Source: Octopus vulgaris
Taxonomy: Eukaryota
Direction: 5' to 3'
DNA length: 64,000 nt
Assembly: GCA_951406725.2 (NCBI GenBank)
Contig: OX597822.1
Location: 20,584,001-20,648,000, forward strand
The position numbers and the translations under genes are program-made. This document shows, in pieces, positions 50,259 to 64,000 of the stretch; the stretch's first letter is position 1, and each line of letters opens with the position of its first letter. Under the pieces are notes generated by a model. The model searched no databases and was not told the origin of the DNA. It saw only the letters and a program-made list of their open reading frames with translations.

Positions 50259-50480
50259 GTGTGTGTAAGTGTGTGTGTGTGTGTTTGCGTGTATGTGTCT
50301 GGTTTTCTCTCCCGCTATCGCTTGACAACCCGTGTTGGCGTGTTTAAACTACCGTAAAATAGCAGTTCGACACTAGAGACCGACAGAATAAGGACCAGGC
50401 TTAAGAAAAAAAAATCATTACAAGGGTCGATTCATTCGTCTAAAAAGTCTTCAAGGAGGCTGTAGTCAAATGGCTGAAAG
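50102..50480 (+). mobile_element. SINE family A, deleted
   Basis: TAGGCGCAGGCATCGCTGTGTGGTAAG head; CGCTTGACAACC...GCAGTTCG. Confidence 0.75.
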
Positions 50481-50593
50481 AGGCGTGTGTGTATTTGTAA
50501 ACAATGAATAAAAAATATGCATGTACGTTCATGACTACGTAAGAATATATATTTAAGTGTATGTATATTTACGTCTAAATATAAAGATATATG

Positions 50594-50728
<135 letters not shown>

Positions 50729-50964
50729 GCATATATATATATATGTATATATATATACATATATATATATATATGTATATATATGTGTGTGTCGGTATGT
50801 ATATATATATATATCTGTGTGTATATATTTATTTATGCGTCTATATAGCTACTATATCTACGTGTATACTTATTTATTAATCTATAAGTTTGCATGTATC
50901 TGTAACTGTATATGTGTCTATATGTATGTATATTTACGTGCGTGCATGTATATATATATATATA

Positions 50965-51180
50965 TTTCTCTTTTACTCTTTTACTTGTTTCAGTCATTTG
51001 AACTGCGGCCATGCTGGAGCACCGCCTTTAATCGAGCAACTCGACCCCGGGACTTATTCTTTTTGTAAGCCCAGTACTTATTCCATCGGTCTCTTTTGCC
51101 GAACCGCTAAGTAACGGGGACGTAAACACACCAGCATCGGTTGTCAAGCAATGCTAGAGGGACAAACACAGACACACAAA

Positions 51181-51222
<42 letters not shown>

Positions 51223-51262
51223 TACCGGGCTTCTTTTCAGTTTCCGTCTACCAAATCCGCTC
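50965..51262 (-). mobile_element. SINE family A, young-looking 3' portion
   Basis: Very close to 645-915. Confidence 0.85.
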
Positions 51263-52069
51263 ACACACACACGCGTATATCTATATATTTATTTATATCT
51301 GCATACATCTTATGTGTATGTGTATACATACATACATACATACATACATGCACAAACACATGACATTGATCCACGTTCCTGTCCCCTGTTTTGTATATCC
51401 AAAGATGTATACGAACGAATAAACCATGTTATTTGGGGAACTCCGAATTCTCTATTTTATAGACGTACATAAACGCACTCGGCTCTAATCACCTCTTTTT
51501 ATTTTTCTTTCTTTCCTTCTTTGTTTGTTTGTTTCTTTCTTTCTCTCTCTCTCCCTCTTTCTTCTTCTCCATGGGATATATATATATATATATATATATT
51601 ATACTTATGTTACCGCTGTTACATATCACGCACGGGGCATGTTATGTAATGTAATCCTAGACATACCTAAAAGGACGAGATGGCTAATTTGGAACGCCGT
51701 TGATCCTAAACCAACTGGATCAAGTTTGACCTAGAGTTAGGCTGTGCCAGCAAATGAACCCGTAAACTGATTGTTCAACTTGCTAGAAATGGCAGCCAAA
51801 TCTGGCTCAAATCACAGGCTACCATCTTCTATAAAGTAGAACATGCTGAACAAATAAGATAGATGAAAAAAAGGAAAGGAAAAGGAAAACGGGATGGTAA
51901 TGACTAAAAACATTGAGCGCTGACCTGGGTGACCTTATTCAACATCAGCAGCAGTAGCATCATGGTCATTAGCATACTTCATCAGCAATAACATTGTTAA
52001 CATGAACATCAACAGCGACATCAGCACCAGCATCATTCAACGCTAGCTTCATCACTACCAACATTAATA

Positions 52070-52289
52070 CCTATTTCTTTATTACCCACAAGGGGCTAAA
52101 CACAGAGGGGACAAACAAGGACAGACATAGGTATTAAGTCGATTACATCAACCCCAGTGCGTAACTGGTACTTAATTTATCGACCCCGAAAGGATGAAAG
52201 GCAAAGTCGACCTCGGCGGAATTTGAACTCAGAACGTAACGTTAAGCATTTCGCCCGGCGTGCTAACGTTTCTGCCAGCTCGCCGCCTA
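52070..52289 (-). mobile_element. SINE family B
   Basis: Nearly identical to 24658-24884, with a small internal deletion. Confidence 0.85.
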
Positions 52290-52489
52290 ATAATACCATC
52301 ATTAATACTGACATCAACAATCGTAACATGAAGGTTTTTTTTCCTTAGTTACCAAACTTAGAATTTTATTGATTCCAAACTTTTATTCTTGCGCTGCTGT
52401 AATTGTCTTCAGAATCTACATACAGCTAAGAGTGTACAGTTGTGAGTGTTCAAATGTATCTGTGTGTATAATAACTGCGCATGTCTCCG

Positions 52490-52743
52490 TATCTTTTATC
52501 GTTCACTTCTTTCGGTCATTAAACTGCGGCCATGCTGGGGCACTACCTTGAAGAATTTTAGTCGACTGAATCGATCCCAGTACTTTCTGTAGCCGAACCG
52601 CTGAGTTACGGGGGTGTAAACAGACCAACACCGGTTGTCAAGCGGTGGGAAGTGGAGGATAAAGATAAACACATACACACAACACACACACATATATACA
52701 TACATACATACATACATACATACATACATACATACTTACATAC

Positions 52744-52791
<48 letters not shown>

Positions 52792-52946
52792 GACTGTGCG
52801 GTAAGAAGCTTGCTTCCTAACCATATGGTTCCGGGTTCAGTCCCACTGCATGGCACATTGGGCATCTGTCTTCTACTATAGCTTTGTGAGTGGATTTGGT
52901 AGACCAGAAACTGAAAGAAGCTCGTACTATATATATGTGTGTGTGC

Positions 52947-52997
<51 letters not shown>

Positions 52998-53296
52998 GCC
53001 ATCGCTTAATAACCGATGCTGGTGTGTTTATGTCCTAGAAACTTAGCGGTTCGGCAAAAAAGAAAAACGATAGAATAAACACCAGGCTTACAAAGAATAA
53101 GCTCTGCGCTCGATTTCTTCGATTAAAATTCTTTAAGGTGGTGCCCCAGTATGGCCGCAGTCGGATGACTGAAACAAGTAAAAGAATAGAAGAATATATA
53201 TACAACGGACTTTTTTCAGTTTCTGTCTAACAAGTCCACTCACAAGAAGACACTTGCCCAAGGTGTTACGCAGTGGGATTGAACCTGGAACCATGT
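52490..53296. mobile_element. Cluster of three SINE family A pieces in alternating orientation (-,+,-)
   Basis: 52490-52660 (-), 52790-53190 (+), 53205-53296 (-). Confidence 0.8.
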
Positions 53297-54149
53297 GTGT
53301 GTGTGTGTACTTGAGAGAATAATTAAAGTCAAGCAGTGGTACGAAGGAGTAAACCCGAGGAACGGGTATACTCAATTAAATTCCATCTAATAACCGATCA
53401 AGTACCTTTTTATATTTTAATCCATCCCGGGAAGTTGGAGCACAAAGCCGACCTCAGCAGGATTTGAAATCAGAACATAAAGGACTGGAATTAAGCATGA
53501 CACGTCGAAACCACGTGGTTGTGGAGCAAACTTTTTCCATCCAATCATTTCTTTGTTTAACTGTGAGGTTGTATGTCCACGTGTGTATTATGTATACGTA
53601 TGTGTGTATAAGTGACTATGTATGTGAATGGGCTTGTGTATGTAATTGTATGAATCAGTCTTAGAATATCAAATGCGTATGTCTTTATATACACATACAT
53701 ACACACATACATACATACATACATACATACATACATACATACATACATACATACATACATACATACATACACATACATACATACATATAAACACGCACAC
53801 ACCCACGTGTGATTGTAATTGTGAGTTCGATCGTGGGTTTGTATACCTACGCTTGTTTGAAGATGTATGCATTGATAAATGTATGCATGTATATGTGCGT
53901 CTATTTAATTTGCTTTGCGAGAGCAACTGTTTTATCGAAAGTGTATCTTGTTAAATGCCCGAAATACGAGAGTAGAAAAACAGCCAACAACAGATGAAGA
54001 GTCGTTTTTTCTGTTGTTTGTCTTGTTTTTCATTTGTGTCTTTCATTGTTCCAAAAAATAGTCATATTCCATGTACTCGTATTTCGTAGTTTTTGTTGTA
54101 CTCGTTTCGTGACGTCCTATGCCCACATATGCATATATATATATGTGTG

Positions 54150-54360
54150 TGTTTCCCCGGTTTCTATGGCGCATGTGTTCCCAGCTGGACGGGACGTCAG
54201 TCTATCGCAGCGTTACTCATTTTTGCCAGCTGAGTGGACTGGAGCAACGTGAAATGAAGTGTTTTGCTTAAGAACACAACGCATCGCCCGGTCCAGGAAT
54301 CGAAACCACAATCTTACGATCATGATGCTGACACCCTAACCGCTAAGCCACGCGCCTCCA
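54150..54360 (-). mobile_element. tRNA-derived SINE family C
   Basis: Minus head GGAGGCGCGTGGCTTAGCGGTTAGGG...GGTTTCGATTCC (A and B boxes). Confidence 0.85.
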
Positions 54361-54361
54361 C

Positions 54362-54407
<46 letters not shown>

Positions 54408-54471
54408 TATATTTATATATGTATGTATAGATGTATGTACTTAGATGCATGTACTTATATGTATGTATATA

Positions 54472-54518
<47 letters not shown>

Positions 54519-55035
54519 GTATGTGTGTGTGTGTGTGTGTATGTATATATATATGTATATATAAGTGTGTTTATGCATCTATGCATATATATATATATTT
54601 GTGTTTGTATATGTATCTATCTCTCTCTATATATATGTGTGTGTGTGTATGTATGTATATGCGTGTGATTGTGCATTAATCGAAATGCATACACATGCGC
54701 ACGTCCGAGCACACACACACACACATCGTCAATTCTATGTATCGGTTACAAACACCAGATGCGAATATATTTACTTACACTAGCAAATTCAGCAAACATA
54801 AATAGAAGTCGATCAATTGAGCTGTGATTGTTCGCACAACATATAGAACTACACACATTATACCAGGAAAGACCTTTAATCATACGTCTGCTTGTTCAGA
54901 CTTATGATTAAAGATCTTCCATCCGTGGTCATCCAATCCATTTTTTTTTTTAAGATGGCCGAGTGTGAATCGAAGATTTGGCTGCTATTTTCGTGCTTAT
55001 TTGTATAGCTTCAATGTAGCGTACATGTACGTGAT

Positions 55036-55117
<82 letters not shown>

Positions 55118-55244
55118 CCAAAAATATTGTACATTTATGTATGTGTGTTTATGTATGTATGTATGCATACATATATATATATGTATGTATACTCACACAC
55201 ACATATATATATATATATATGTATGCATATTTATATATAAATAG

Positions 55245-55285
<41 letters not shown>

Positions 55286-55411
55286 GGTCGTGTATGTGTA
55301 TGTATATCGATTTATGTGTATATACACATATACACATATATAATGTATGTATGCATATATATACGTGGATGCATTCATGTGTATATATGAATGTATATAT
55401 ATATAGATATA

Positions 55412-55442
<31 letters not shown>

Positions 55443-55550
55443 GTAAACACACACGCATACATATCTCTCTTTCTCTCTCTCTCTCTCTATATATATATAT
55501 ACATACATATATATATATATATATATACATATATACATATATACATATAT

Positions 55551-55611
<61 letters not shown>

Positions 55612-55945
55612 ATATGTGTGTATATGATGTGTTTATGTGATTGTATCGATCATATGCATAGTAATTTATAACCAAATTATTTTTCCTCATCCGGTTAATT
55701 GTAAATCAAAGTCCTCACTAATTGATAATAATGGTAAATGTTAGATGCCAGTGTTTTGTTGTATGAAGGTGTGTGTAAAAGCTTATGTCAGCCAAGTCAC
55801 ATCCCGTCCTCTCCAACAATACGTTTACAAATAGCTTCTGTTGAGTGGTTACACTATCCATCCATGGTGTTTTTTTAATTAGACATGTACAGGTTTCTGT
55901 CTGTCTGTCTGTCTGCCTCTCTCCCTCTCTCTTTCTCTTTCTCTG

Positions 55946-55984
<39 letters not shown>

Positions 55985-56080
55985 CTCTCTTTCTCTTTCT
56001 CAGCAGTATTTAGCTTGTTTCAAGTTATGCACAGGAGCGGGAGGCCCCTTGTTGGCTTTTAGAATACCGTTTACTGAGAT

Positions 56081-56145
<65 letters not shown>

Positions 56146-56147
56146 TC

Positions 56148-56790
56148 TTTATTCTGTTATTCGTTTATTTGTTTCAGTCATTTGGCTGCCGCCATGCTGG
56201 AGCACTGTCTTCTTTAGTCGAGCAAATCGACCCCAGGACTCATTCTTTGTAAGCCTAGTTCTTATTCTATCGATCTGTTTTGCCGAACCGCCAACTTACG
56301 GGGACGTAAACACATCAGCATCGGTTGTCAAGCGATGATGGGGTAACAAACACATACACACACACACACACACACACATACGACGGACTTCTTTCAGTTT
56401 CCGTCTACCAAATCCACTCACAAGGCTTTGGTCAACCCAAGGTTATAGTAGAAAACAGTTGCCCAAGGTGCCACGCAGTGGGATTGAACCCGGAACCATG
56501 TGGTTGGTAAGCAAGCTACTTACCACACAACCACTCCATCATCGGTCACTTTTGCCGAACCACAAAAGTGACCGATGATGGACGTGAACAAATCAACACC
56601 GGTTGTCAAGCGGTGGTAGGAACAAGCCCAAACAGAAAGGCATGCACGCGCACACACACGCTTCTTTTAGTTTCCGTCTAAGAAATCTGCTCACAAGGCT
56701 TTGGTCGGCCCGGAGCTATAGTAAAAGACACTTGCCCAAATGCCACACGGTGGGAGTGAACCCGGAATTGTGTGGTTAGGAAGCAATCTT
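56148..56790 (-). mobile_element. Two tandem SINE family A copies
   Basis: 56148-56537 is near full length; 56540-56790 is partial. Confidence 0.85.
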
Positions 56791-58044
56791 CTTTTATTAA
56801 TTTAATTGGCCACAATGGCCTTAGAAAGAAAGGAAGCTACGAGCTGGACACACACATAATGATATGAATGAAGCCACGCCTGCGTCCATTTAATAAGGAA
56901 AGAACTGAATCTGTAAAATTAAAGATCCGTAACAATTTTAATTTATATTTTTTTAAGTATTTATATTTTTGGTGATACACCTCTTTCAAGTTCTAGTACT
57001 CTATAATTCTTCACTGCTACTTAAATTAGTTCTTTACTTCTGTTCTAAAATTTCTAAGTTATGTGGTTTGTTCCATCAATTCCTAACGTGGGTCTTACAC
57101 AACAATATGTCTAATTTAAAGATTTTTAGGTCGCCTTTTGCACTGTTATTCACAGTTCTTTTCAAAGTAACAAATAACAATCCCACCCAAGTACTAGGAA
57201 AATATTTCCCACCTCTCACATTACCACACCTCTTTATTAACGCGAAGATCGAATAGTTTGCTTCTATATCATTCTTCGTTCTCTACTACAGTGTCAGTAT
57301 ATAAGTAATAGAAGTTAAAACCTCTCTAATTTTAAACAAGACAACTTACCCGGTTTTTTACAACCCTCACAGACAATCCCGGGGAGGATGCTATTCTTTG
57401 TGTCACCGAGAGAAATTTTGCAAGGCGAAACGTGATTATTTTCGGGCCCCAATCGAGTAAAATGTGCGTGTGTGTGTGTGTTTGGCAGGTGAGTGGGCAG
57501 AGTTCTTTCCGTCAGAAATTCACAAGGCTATTTTTGGACCTCTAGCCTCAGCCCCCACTCAATGGATCTTAATGGATCGCTGTATCAGCTAACCTTCTTC
57601 TCATAGGCTCTTGTTATTCCCCTTTTTTTTTTGAGAATCACTGGTTTGTCAATCTGCATCAAAACCCTATATGCAACCCATTGATGCTGTTCTACATGTT
57701 AACACAATGTCAAACTCAGTTTTCTTAAAACAATATTCGTGAATTTGGATATATCTTTAAATTTTGGAGGAAAAAAGGAATAATAACGTTTTGTCTGAAA
57801 GAAAAGAATTTCGTTTTCTTATTTTAATTTCATAGCAATAGTCGGTCCCCAAATACCAGTCCCCTCATCTTGCCATAATATACCAACATATCCAAACCCA
57901 TGGCTTTCAGCATATAGTTTTTTTCTTTTTTATCTTGGTAGATCACCACCATCACCATAGAGTTTCTTCGGATTATATATTAATCTAAAATAATACGTAT
58001 CACTTAATCTTTTGATGTTTAGCCCCCGGTCAGCCCTGATTAAG

Positions 58045-58240
58045 GCCACTAACCGCGAAGTTCTTGTCAACGTTAGCAGCTCGCCTCACTGAGTTGTCAG
58101 GTGATACCCGTGAAGGCGCTTGGCTTTCCCAACACTTTAGCCGCGCCATCGCCCGTGGTAATGCTGCGAGCGTGCTGGCTTACTTCAGTAGGTTCCGTTA
58201 AACCTTGTGGTGTGCGAGCAGTTGCAGTGATAAAAAAAAA
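58045..58240 (+). mobile_element. CRE-like RLE retrotransposon extreme 3' end with short poly(A)
   Basis: PLTAKFLSTLAARLTELSGDTREGAWLSQHFSRAIARGNAASVLAY..* resembles the CRE-clade C-terminal QR.S.A.QRGNAASV motif; A-run at ~58232-58240. Confidence 0.6.
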
Positions 58241-59213
58241 TTCCCCACAAATGGTTTCAATACAGTTTTAACAGAAAGATTTGGAAGAATTAGACGAAAG
58301 TTGTCAAGCAATAATGTCAAGCTCTTTCGAACGCATACGTCAGGACCTTTTCAATTGGAAAGTTATGATTAAGTCTAAAGTGTATTTTAAAATAAACCCC
58401 AAATGGGGGCATGTCTCTATGTAACTTGAAATGTATTTTGAAAGCTACAGTGTTTTCTTGTTGTTTAGCCTCAGGTCAGACTTATGACCAAAGATATTTC
58501 ATTTGTGACTATCTCATCTTTTCTTTTTCTTCGACTCGTGCTTCACCGTCACGTACAAATGACGATGATCACAAATAAAAAGTTCAAAAGTTCACATTTT
58601 TACTTGGAAAATATGTCAGAAAAAAATACCACTTCTCATTCAAATTACAATAATAGTTGAAGTAATTAAAATATATCTTAAGTTGCTTATTATCTAACAA
58701 TATCTGAATTGTTGAGATAACAACAAATTTATATAACAACATTACAAGTGGAAAAAATTTACGTTTTATTCAATTCAATGAACAGAAAAACAAATAGTAC
58801 TTTAAATAAGTAATTTATTGAAGTTTTCGTGTAACGTTTTTCTGCGCCTTGAATTCCGGAATTCTCTCTAACTGTGTATTTCGCTATTGTCTCTCTTCAC
58901 GATTGTCGAGACAGTATAGTGGCAGACAAGCGACTTTATTCTATCTTTTATTATATTTCCATTCATATCTAGAATGCATTCTAAGAATTTTAGAATCAAT
59001 ACAAGTGCTTGATTAATTCTTTATTCTATCGAACGGGTGTTCTTGAAGGGATCTGAACATAAAGGGCCATAATTAAATATCGAATAGCAGTTTTCTTGAC
59101 ACTGGCGATTCTGCGAAACTTTGCTTGCTTTATTGATCTAGGTTCAAAGTTTTATAGTGTAGGGTGAGCTATTCACCATTCCTGATGTTAGCACGTAAAT
59201 GGCGTGTCATTAT

Positions 59214-59430
59214 AAAGTCAGCGAGCTGGCAGAGTCATACTTACGGTGGAGAAAATGTTTAGCAGCATGTATTCCGGCTTTGCGTTCTGAATTCAAATTC
59301 TGTCCGAGGTAGACTTTGCTATTCATCCTTTCGGGGTCGATAAAATAAGTACCAATTGAGCATTGAGATCGATATAATCAACTAACTCTTCTCTCCCCAA
59401 ATTTCAAGCCTTGTACTTATAGAAGAAAGA
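59214..59430 (+). mobile_element. SINE family B, diverged
   Basis: GCGAGCTGGCAGA...TTCTGAATTCAAATTC...TTCATCCTTTCGGGGTCGATAAAATAAGTACC. Confidence 0.8.
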
Positions 59431-59748
59431 AAGAATAAAATTATATGCCAGTATAACGAGTGGCAGAATCATTAGATGGACAAATACCTTCCAGCAATTA
59501 CATACGGATCGTACATACTTAGTCCCATCCCTCCGGTCGATAAAATAACTAGTCCAGAAGTTTATTTAATTGACTGTATTTTCCGTAAATCTAAGGTCTG
59601 AGGTGTTGTGCTTCTGAAGCAATAAATAAATATTACTATATCATGACATTTATCATAATGCCAGGTTGATGAGTTAAGCTATATAATTCAGTTCCTATAG
59701 AAGTTAAAAATGAATTCAGATGTAATGTAATATAATAATATATTAGTG

Positions 59749-59818
<70 letters not shown>

Positions 59819-59909
59819 TGCCTCTCTGTGTGTGTGGAGACATGGTGATGTTGATGTCGCTAAAACAATATAGAATGTCATCTTAAAGACACCCCCCCGC
59901 GCCTGTTAT

Positions 59910-60410
59910 AGAACACATACATAAAACCCAACACAAGGAACATTGGTGAAACATTTCCCTCAAAACTTCTAACAAGTACAAACATAACAGGCCGGATATT
60001 GTTGTTTGGGACTGACAAAAAAAAGTATGTACCATCATAGAAATTAGCTGCTCTGCTGATGTAAATATCTCTTCAAAAAAAAAACAAAGGAAAAAAGTAA
60101 CGACTGCTTCGAAACTTCCAGTTTCTATACCCAGAATATAAATTCACATTTATATCAAGAATCACTGCTGTACTAGGTTGTGTGAATAAATGCATAAGTG
60201 ACAATTTGGATAAGCTGGGGTTTCCAGAAAGAGAAACCAACCAGTTAATGTACACATTACGGATACAATCTGTAAGCGGAACAGTAAAAATATGCAAGAT
60301 ATTTCTTAAGTTCAAAATGCGAATTTTTGTTTTCTACATTCCGACCATGGAGCTCTGTATCTTTGTTAGAAACCAGCTCCTTCTTTACATGAATATTTCA
60401 AGCAATTAAA
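59910..60410 (+). mobile_element. R4/Dong-like LINE RLE-domain 3' fragment
   Basis: KHNRPDIVVWD..VCTIIEISC; LLRNFQFLYPEYKF; LRIQSVSGTVKICKIF. Confidence 0.8.
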
Positions 60411-63400
60411 AATAGAAGAGAATAAACATATATATACGCACACATACATAAAAATATGAAACGCTCAATTTCGAAGGAGTATCCCCGTCAGTAGCTCGAA
60501 CTATATAGAAATAGTAGTGAAATAACTCTCAAACTACACTATTGTCTTTTAAAAGAAAGTGTGTGCATGCCACTGACTCATATGCAAGTGAACATTGATA
60601 TACAGCCACCGTAAGCAGACGCGTGAATATGTGCTTTTGTGTGGGGCATAATGCACATGTAATTGATTTCGGTTTTGTCTCCCTACAGAAGATGTTATAC
60701 TCGGTGCATACGCTCGGGGATTTTAGCGAATTAATTCAATTGTTAAATACCAAGTGGAATAAACTTGTAGCAAGAACCTAGTTGAGATTCGAAACATAGT
60801 TTCCAGATTTACCTAATCTAGAACCACGAACTATTTGTTCCTAATAAAGGAAAAGAGTTGAATAAAAGGTATAAACACCTACAAGAATCAAATTTGACCA
60901 ATGAGCACTGGGTGACTTATGAGAGAGGCGTCATTCTATGAGGACGTATGAAAGTTCTCTCACCAATCGTATTCTATAAAATCCTGGGCCAACACTTATT
61001 CAAAGGCGAGCTAATTCAACTTATTTCGAGATTTATGCGGAAGGGTCATTCTATCCCGTATGGTAGTCTGTCGTCCTTCTCTCCTATTCATACATCTTAA
61101 GTTCGGAGTGATAATCAACAAATATATTCATTATATGCAGTGATTCATAATGCGCTCTACCACTTTCACAATATTAATTAATTGGATATAAACTCAGCGA
61201 GGCGGGTAAATAGAATATTTGGAAACTCACACAAATTTTAACGTGGTTTTATTTTTGAAGAACACAACCTACCTGACATTGAGAACAGCTAAAGCAGACA
61301 GGGCCATAAATCACACTAAAAGTAATAGAAAGTTTATTTTTTAATCAGAAGGCTCTAATCTATCGCAAATCTACCATCAGCAACATGTTCAAGGATTTTA
61401 GTAGTCGTAGTAGTTGTAGTATACTAGTAGTAAACTGTTATTTATACGGTCGAAAATAGCACTCATCCACCTCAGAGACTTCGATCTAGATTTCTGTTGC
61501 TAATAAAGGAAAATTAATTAATACGTATTTTCCTATTATTATACAGTCTGGTGATAAAGGTGGTGGTGGCGGTAGTGGTGATGATAGCAGTGGTAATTTG
61601 TATTGATTGCGTTATTTTATTTTATACTACTGCAATTGGTGAACAATAGCACCGTTAGTTGCAAATTATTAACGGTCTAATCATTTGATCACTTCATTTC
61701 TGACTGTGAGAGTGGATTTGTTCCCATAAAACTCATCAAAAAGTCCTGGCTTTACGTTGTCAGATATTGACTGTGAAAGTATTGACTCTTGAAAAGAGGT
61801 ACAATTCGAGACAATTACCATCTTCATTTCTTTCAAAGCTTCGTGAAATCAGGCTTCAGAGTTACAATTCCTATCGGTTTCCGCTTAAGCTCTCTATTCT
61901 TCTCCACTTTTATTCAATAAGGTTTTTGTAATACGGTTTCTGTTAGTTTACTAGGCGGCTGTTTGTTCCTGCTTCGCTTTCATTTAATCGGTCTTCGGTT
62001 ACACAGTTTCTTTTAGCTATGAGGCTGATATTTCTTTGTTCTTCAGTTTTAACTGCACGGTGATATTGTTTCTTTCACAATCATCTACTCTCCTATGATT
62101 TCTTGGTGTTACAGCAATTTTTATGTTCAACAAAAGTTCTGAATGCTAGATTTCTTTTCTAAATTTTTTGAAGGTTATAAAAAGGATCCTATTAAAACCA
62201 GCTTTTCATGGAAAGCCTAATGCTGAGTGATAGCTATAATTCCATGGGATCAAACCAGTTGAGTTGAAATTGTAGTTTTTAAATATTTCTGACATGCATA
62301 CACTAATGTGATGTAAAATTACAAATTCACATTTCTTTAAATGTCAGTGATTCACAAAGACTGCAGTTGTTGCCAGAGCACCGATAAAAACATTTTGCCG
62401 TTTGTTCCGGCTCTTCACATTCTGAGGTCTAGCACTGGGATCGATGCTATCAACTAATCTCTCTAAATTGTTTGTCTTGTACCTAAATCAAAAGCATCGC
62501 CATAAAAGAGACCGGCTGTTTCATTGTCAGTTATTGACTGAGAATGCAAAGTAATAGCAGTAAGTCCGTCCAAAAGTTCCGAGAGTCCAAGAAATTCGGG
62601 TGCGTGAATTTGAACTCATTTCTTTTGAGCAATCAGCTATAAAACAAGTGGCACAACATAAGTAAAGACAACTCAAAACGAACTGCACTTCAGGTTTTTG
62701 TATGAGTTTAGATTCGCCTAGAAGAAAGTGCTAACAAAAACCAGCGTAGGGGGTCCCTTCATTCCCAGTAGTTCACATGCTAGTTAACCCATAGCTGGGA
62801 CCCTATTCTGGGTCAGTGTGCACCTGGAAACAATACTGACTAAGAGGTAGTTTCACACACTTTAGTCACTAGACCACAACTGTAACTATCACCATTACTA
62901 CAATCACCACCACTGTCAGCTGACCTGTTGGCTGCATCAGTACAAATAAATAAATATATATATGTACATATAAAAAATAGCGAACCTAGCAATAATTAAA
63001 CTAAAACACCAGGTTGGGATGAACACCACTAAACATATACATGAAGTGAACAGTAACTGTAGCTCGCTTACAGAGTTCACGTTGCTAATTTCTGCGGTGG
63101 CTACCACAAAAGTCTCATGCAATCAAATATTGCCTGTGAGAAAATGTAGTATAATCCCCAACATAGTTTCATATCTGGGGGTTAGTTCGCTTTGCTAACC
63201 TATATGGGTAACAACTTCAATAAATCTGCATAGGAATGTCAGCTTTTGGATGAATGTATATTACAGTTGATTTAATCAACTAAATGTACATAACTGCTAC
63301 CTCAAAGGTCACTAGGACACTTATCCTGAGGAAACACGTGTCGGCTTGGAATTTTGATGAGAATAATACCTTAATAAATAAATTTCGAAGACGTATAATT

Positions 63401-63447
63401 CTCCATTCTTCTTTATGATGCCTTGATTATGTCTGTCTGCCCGTCTG

Positions 63448-63486
<39 letters not shown>

Positions 63487-64000
63487 GTCTGTCTGTCTGT
63501 CTATCTTCTCTATCTGTGTGTATATATATATGCATACACAAATGATGTGTGTATATATATATATATATATATATTTTATATGTATATATATATATATTAT
63601 AGGTATATATATATCTACACACACACATATATGTGAGTGTGTATTATCCTTCTTTCATACTTGTTTTACGTTTACTCTTTCTTCCGTTCTCTTTTCTTTA
63701 TTCTCTCACACAGTCTTTCACTTTCTTACCCGTCAATCCTCTTTATCACCCGCTAACTTTCTTCCATCAAAGACTTAACACGCACACTTTCTCAGTGATA
63801 CTGTTGCCTTTCCGTACCTTCTCCACCTATTTCACCTCTATTTTTATCCTTTCCTCTACCTGTGCGTGCAGCTGTGCATTACATATCTTATTGATTGGTT
63901 TTCTCAAATTTTCCTATTAAAAAATTATTTAAATCCAACACCGAAACAAAGACCAACACATGAAAACAAATATGATCTCCAATTCAAATTACCCCAGTAT

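Noticed and set aside
60672-60726. Good splice acceptor (TTTTGTCTCCCTACAG) as exon 2 of the 42470 gene
   Set aside because: A phase-1 join gives EDVILGAYARGF then TAG, with no convincing donor; unsupported without RNA data.
63295-63350. GAAACACGTGTC (hammerhead 3' half with palindromic stem III)
   Set aside because: No recognisable NUGANNA core upstream; at best a decayed remnant.

Overview
AT-rich, repeat-saturated eukaryotic genomic DNA. The SINE repertoire and the dense TA/CA/TATG microsatellites suggest an octopod cephalopod (inference from recognised repeat families; no search was run). There are no prokaryotic features and no intact protein-coding gene. The only host-gene signal is one strong candidate first coding exon (MSDNEVEEASFLP, 42470-42509), presumably followed by a long intron. 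The rest is mobile DNA: an endonuclease-deleted Tx1/L1-clade LINE bracketed by ~70-bp direct repeats; a decayed Neptune-type Penelope-like element (PLE; RT plus GIY-YIG); R4/Dong, RTE and CRE-like LINE ends; hAT, mariner, Tc1 and Helitron fossils and MITEs; and many copies of about four SINE families. The most notable signal is a set of short PLE-type fold-back elements sitting in or next to (TA)n tracts. They carry minimal hammerhead-ribozyme-like motifs whose core positions 3 and 8 co-vary as C-G, U-A and G-C, which would preserve the known C3-G8 tertiary pair. Nearly all listed ORFs are microsatellite artefacts. Coordinates of degenerate elements are approximate.
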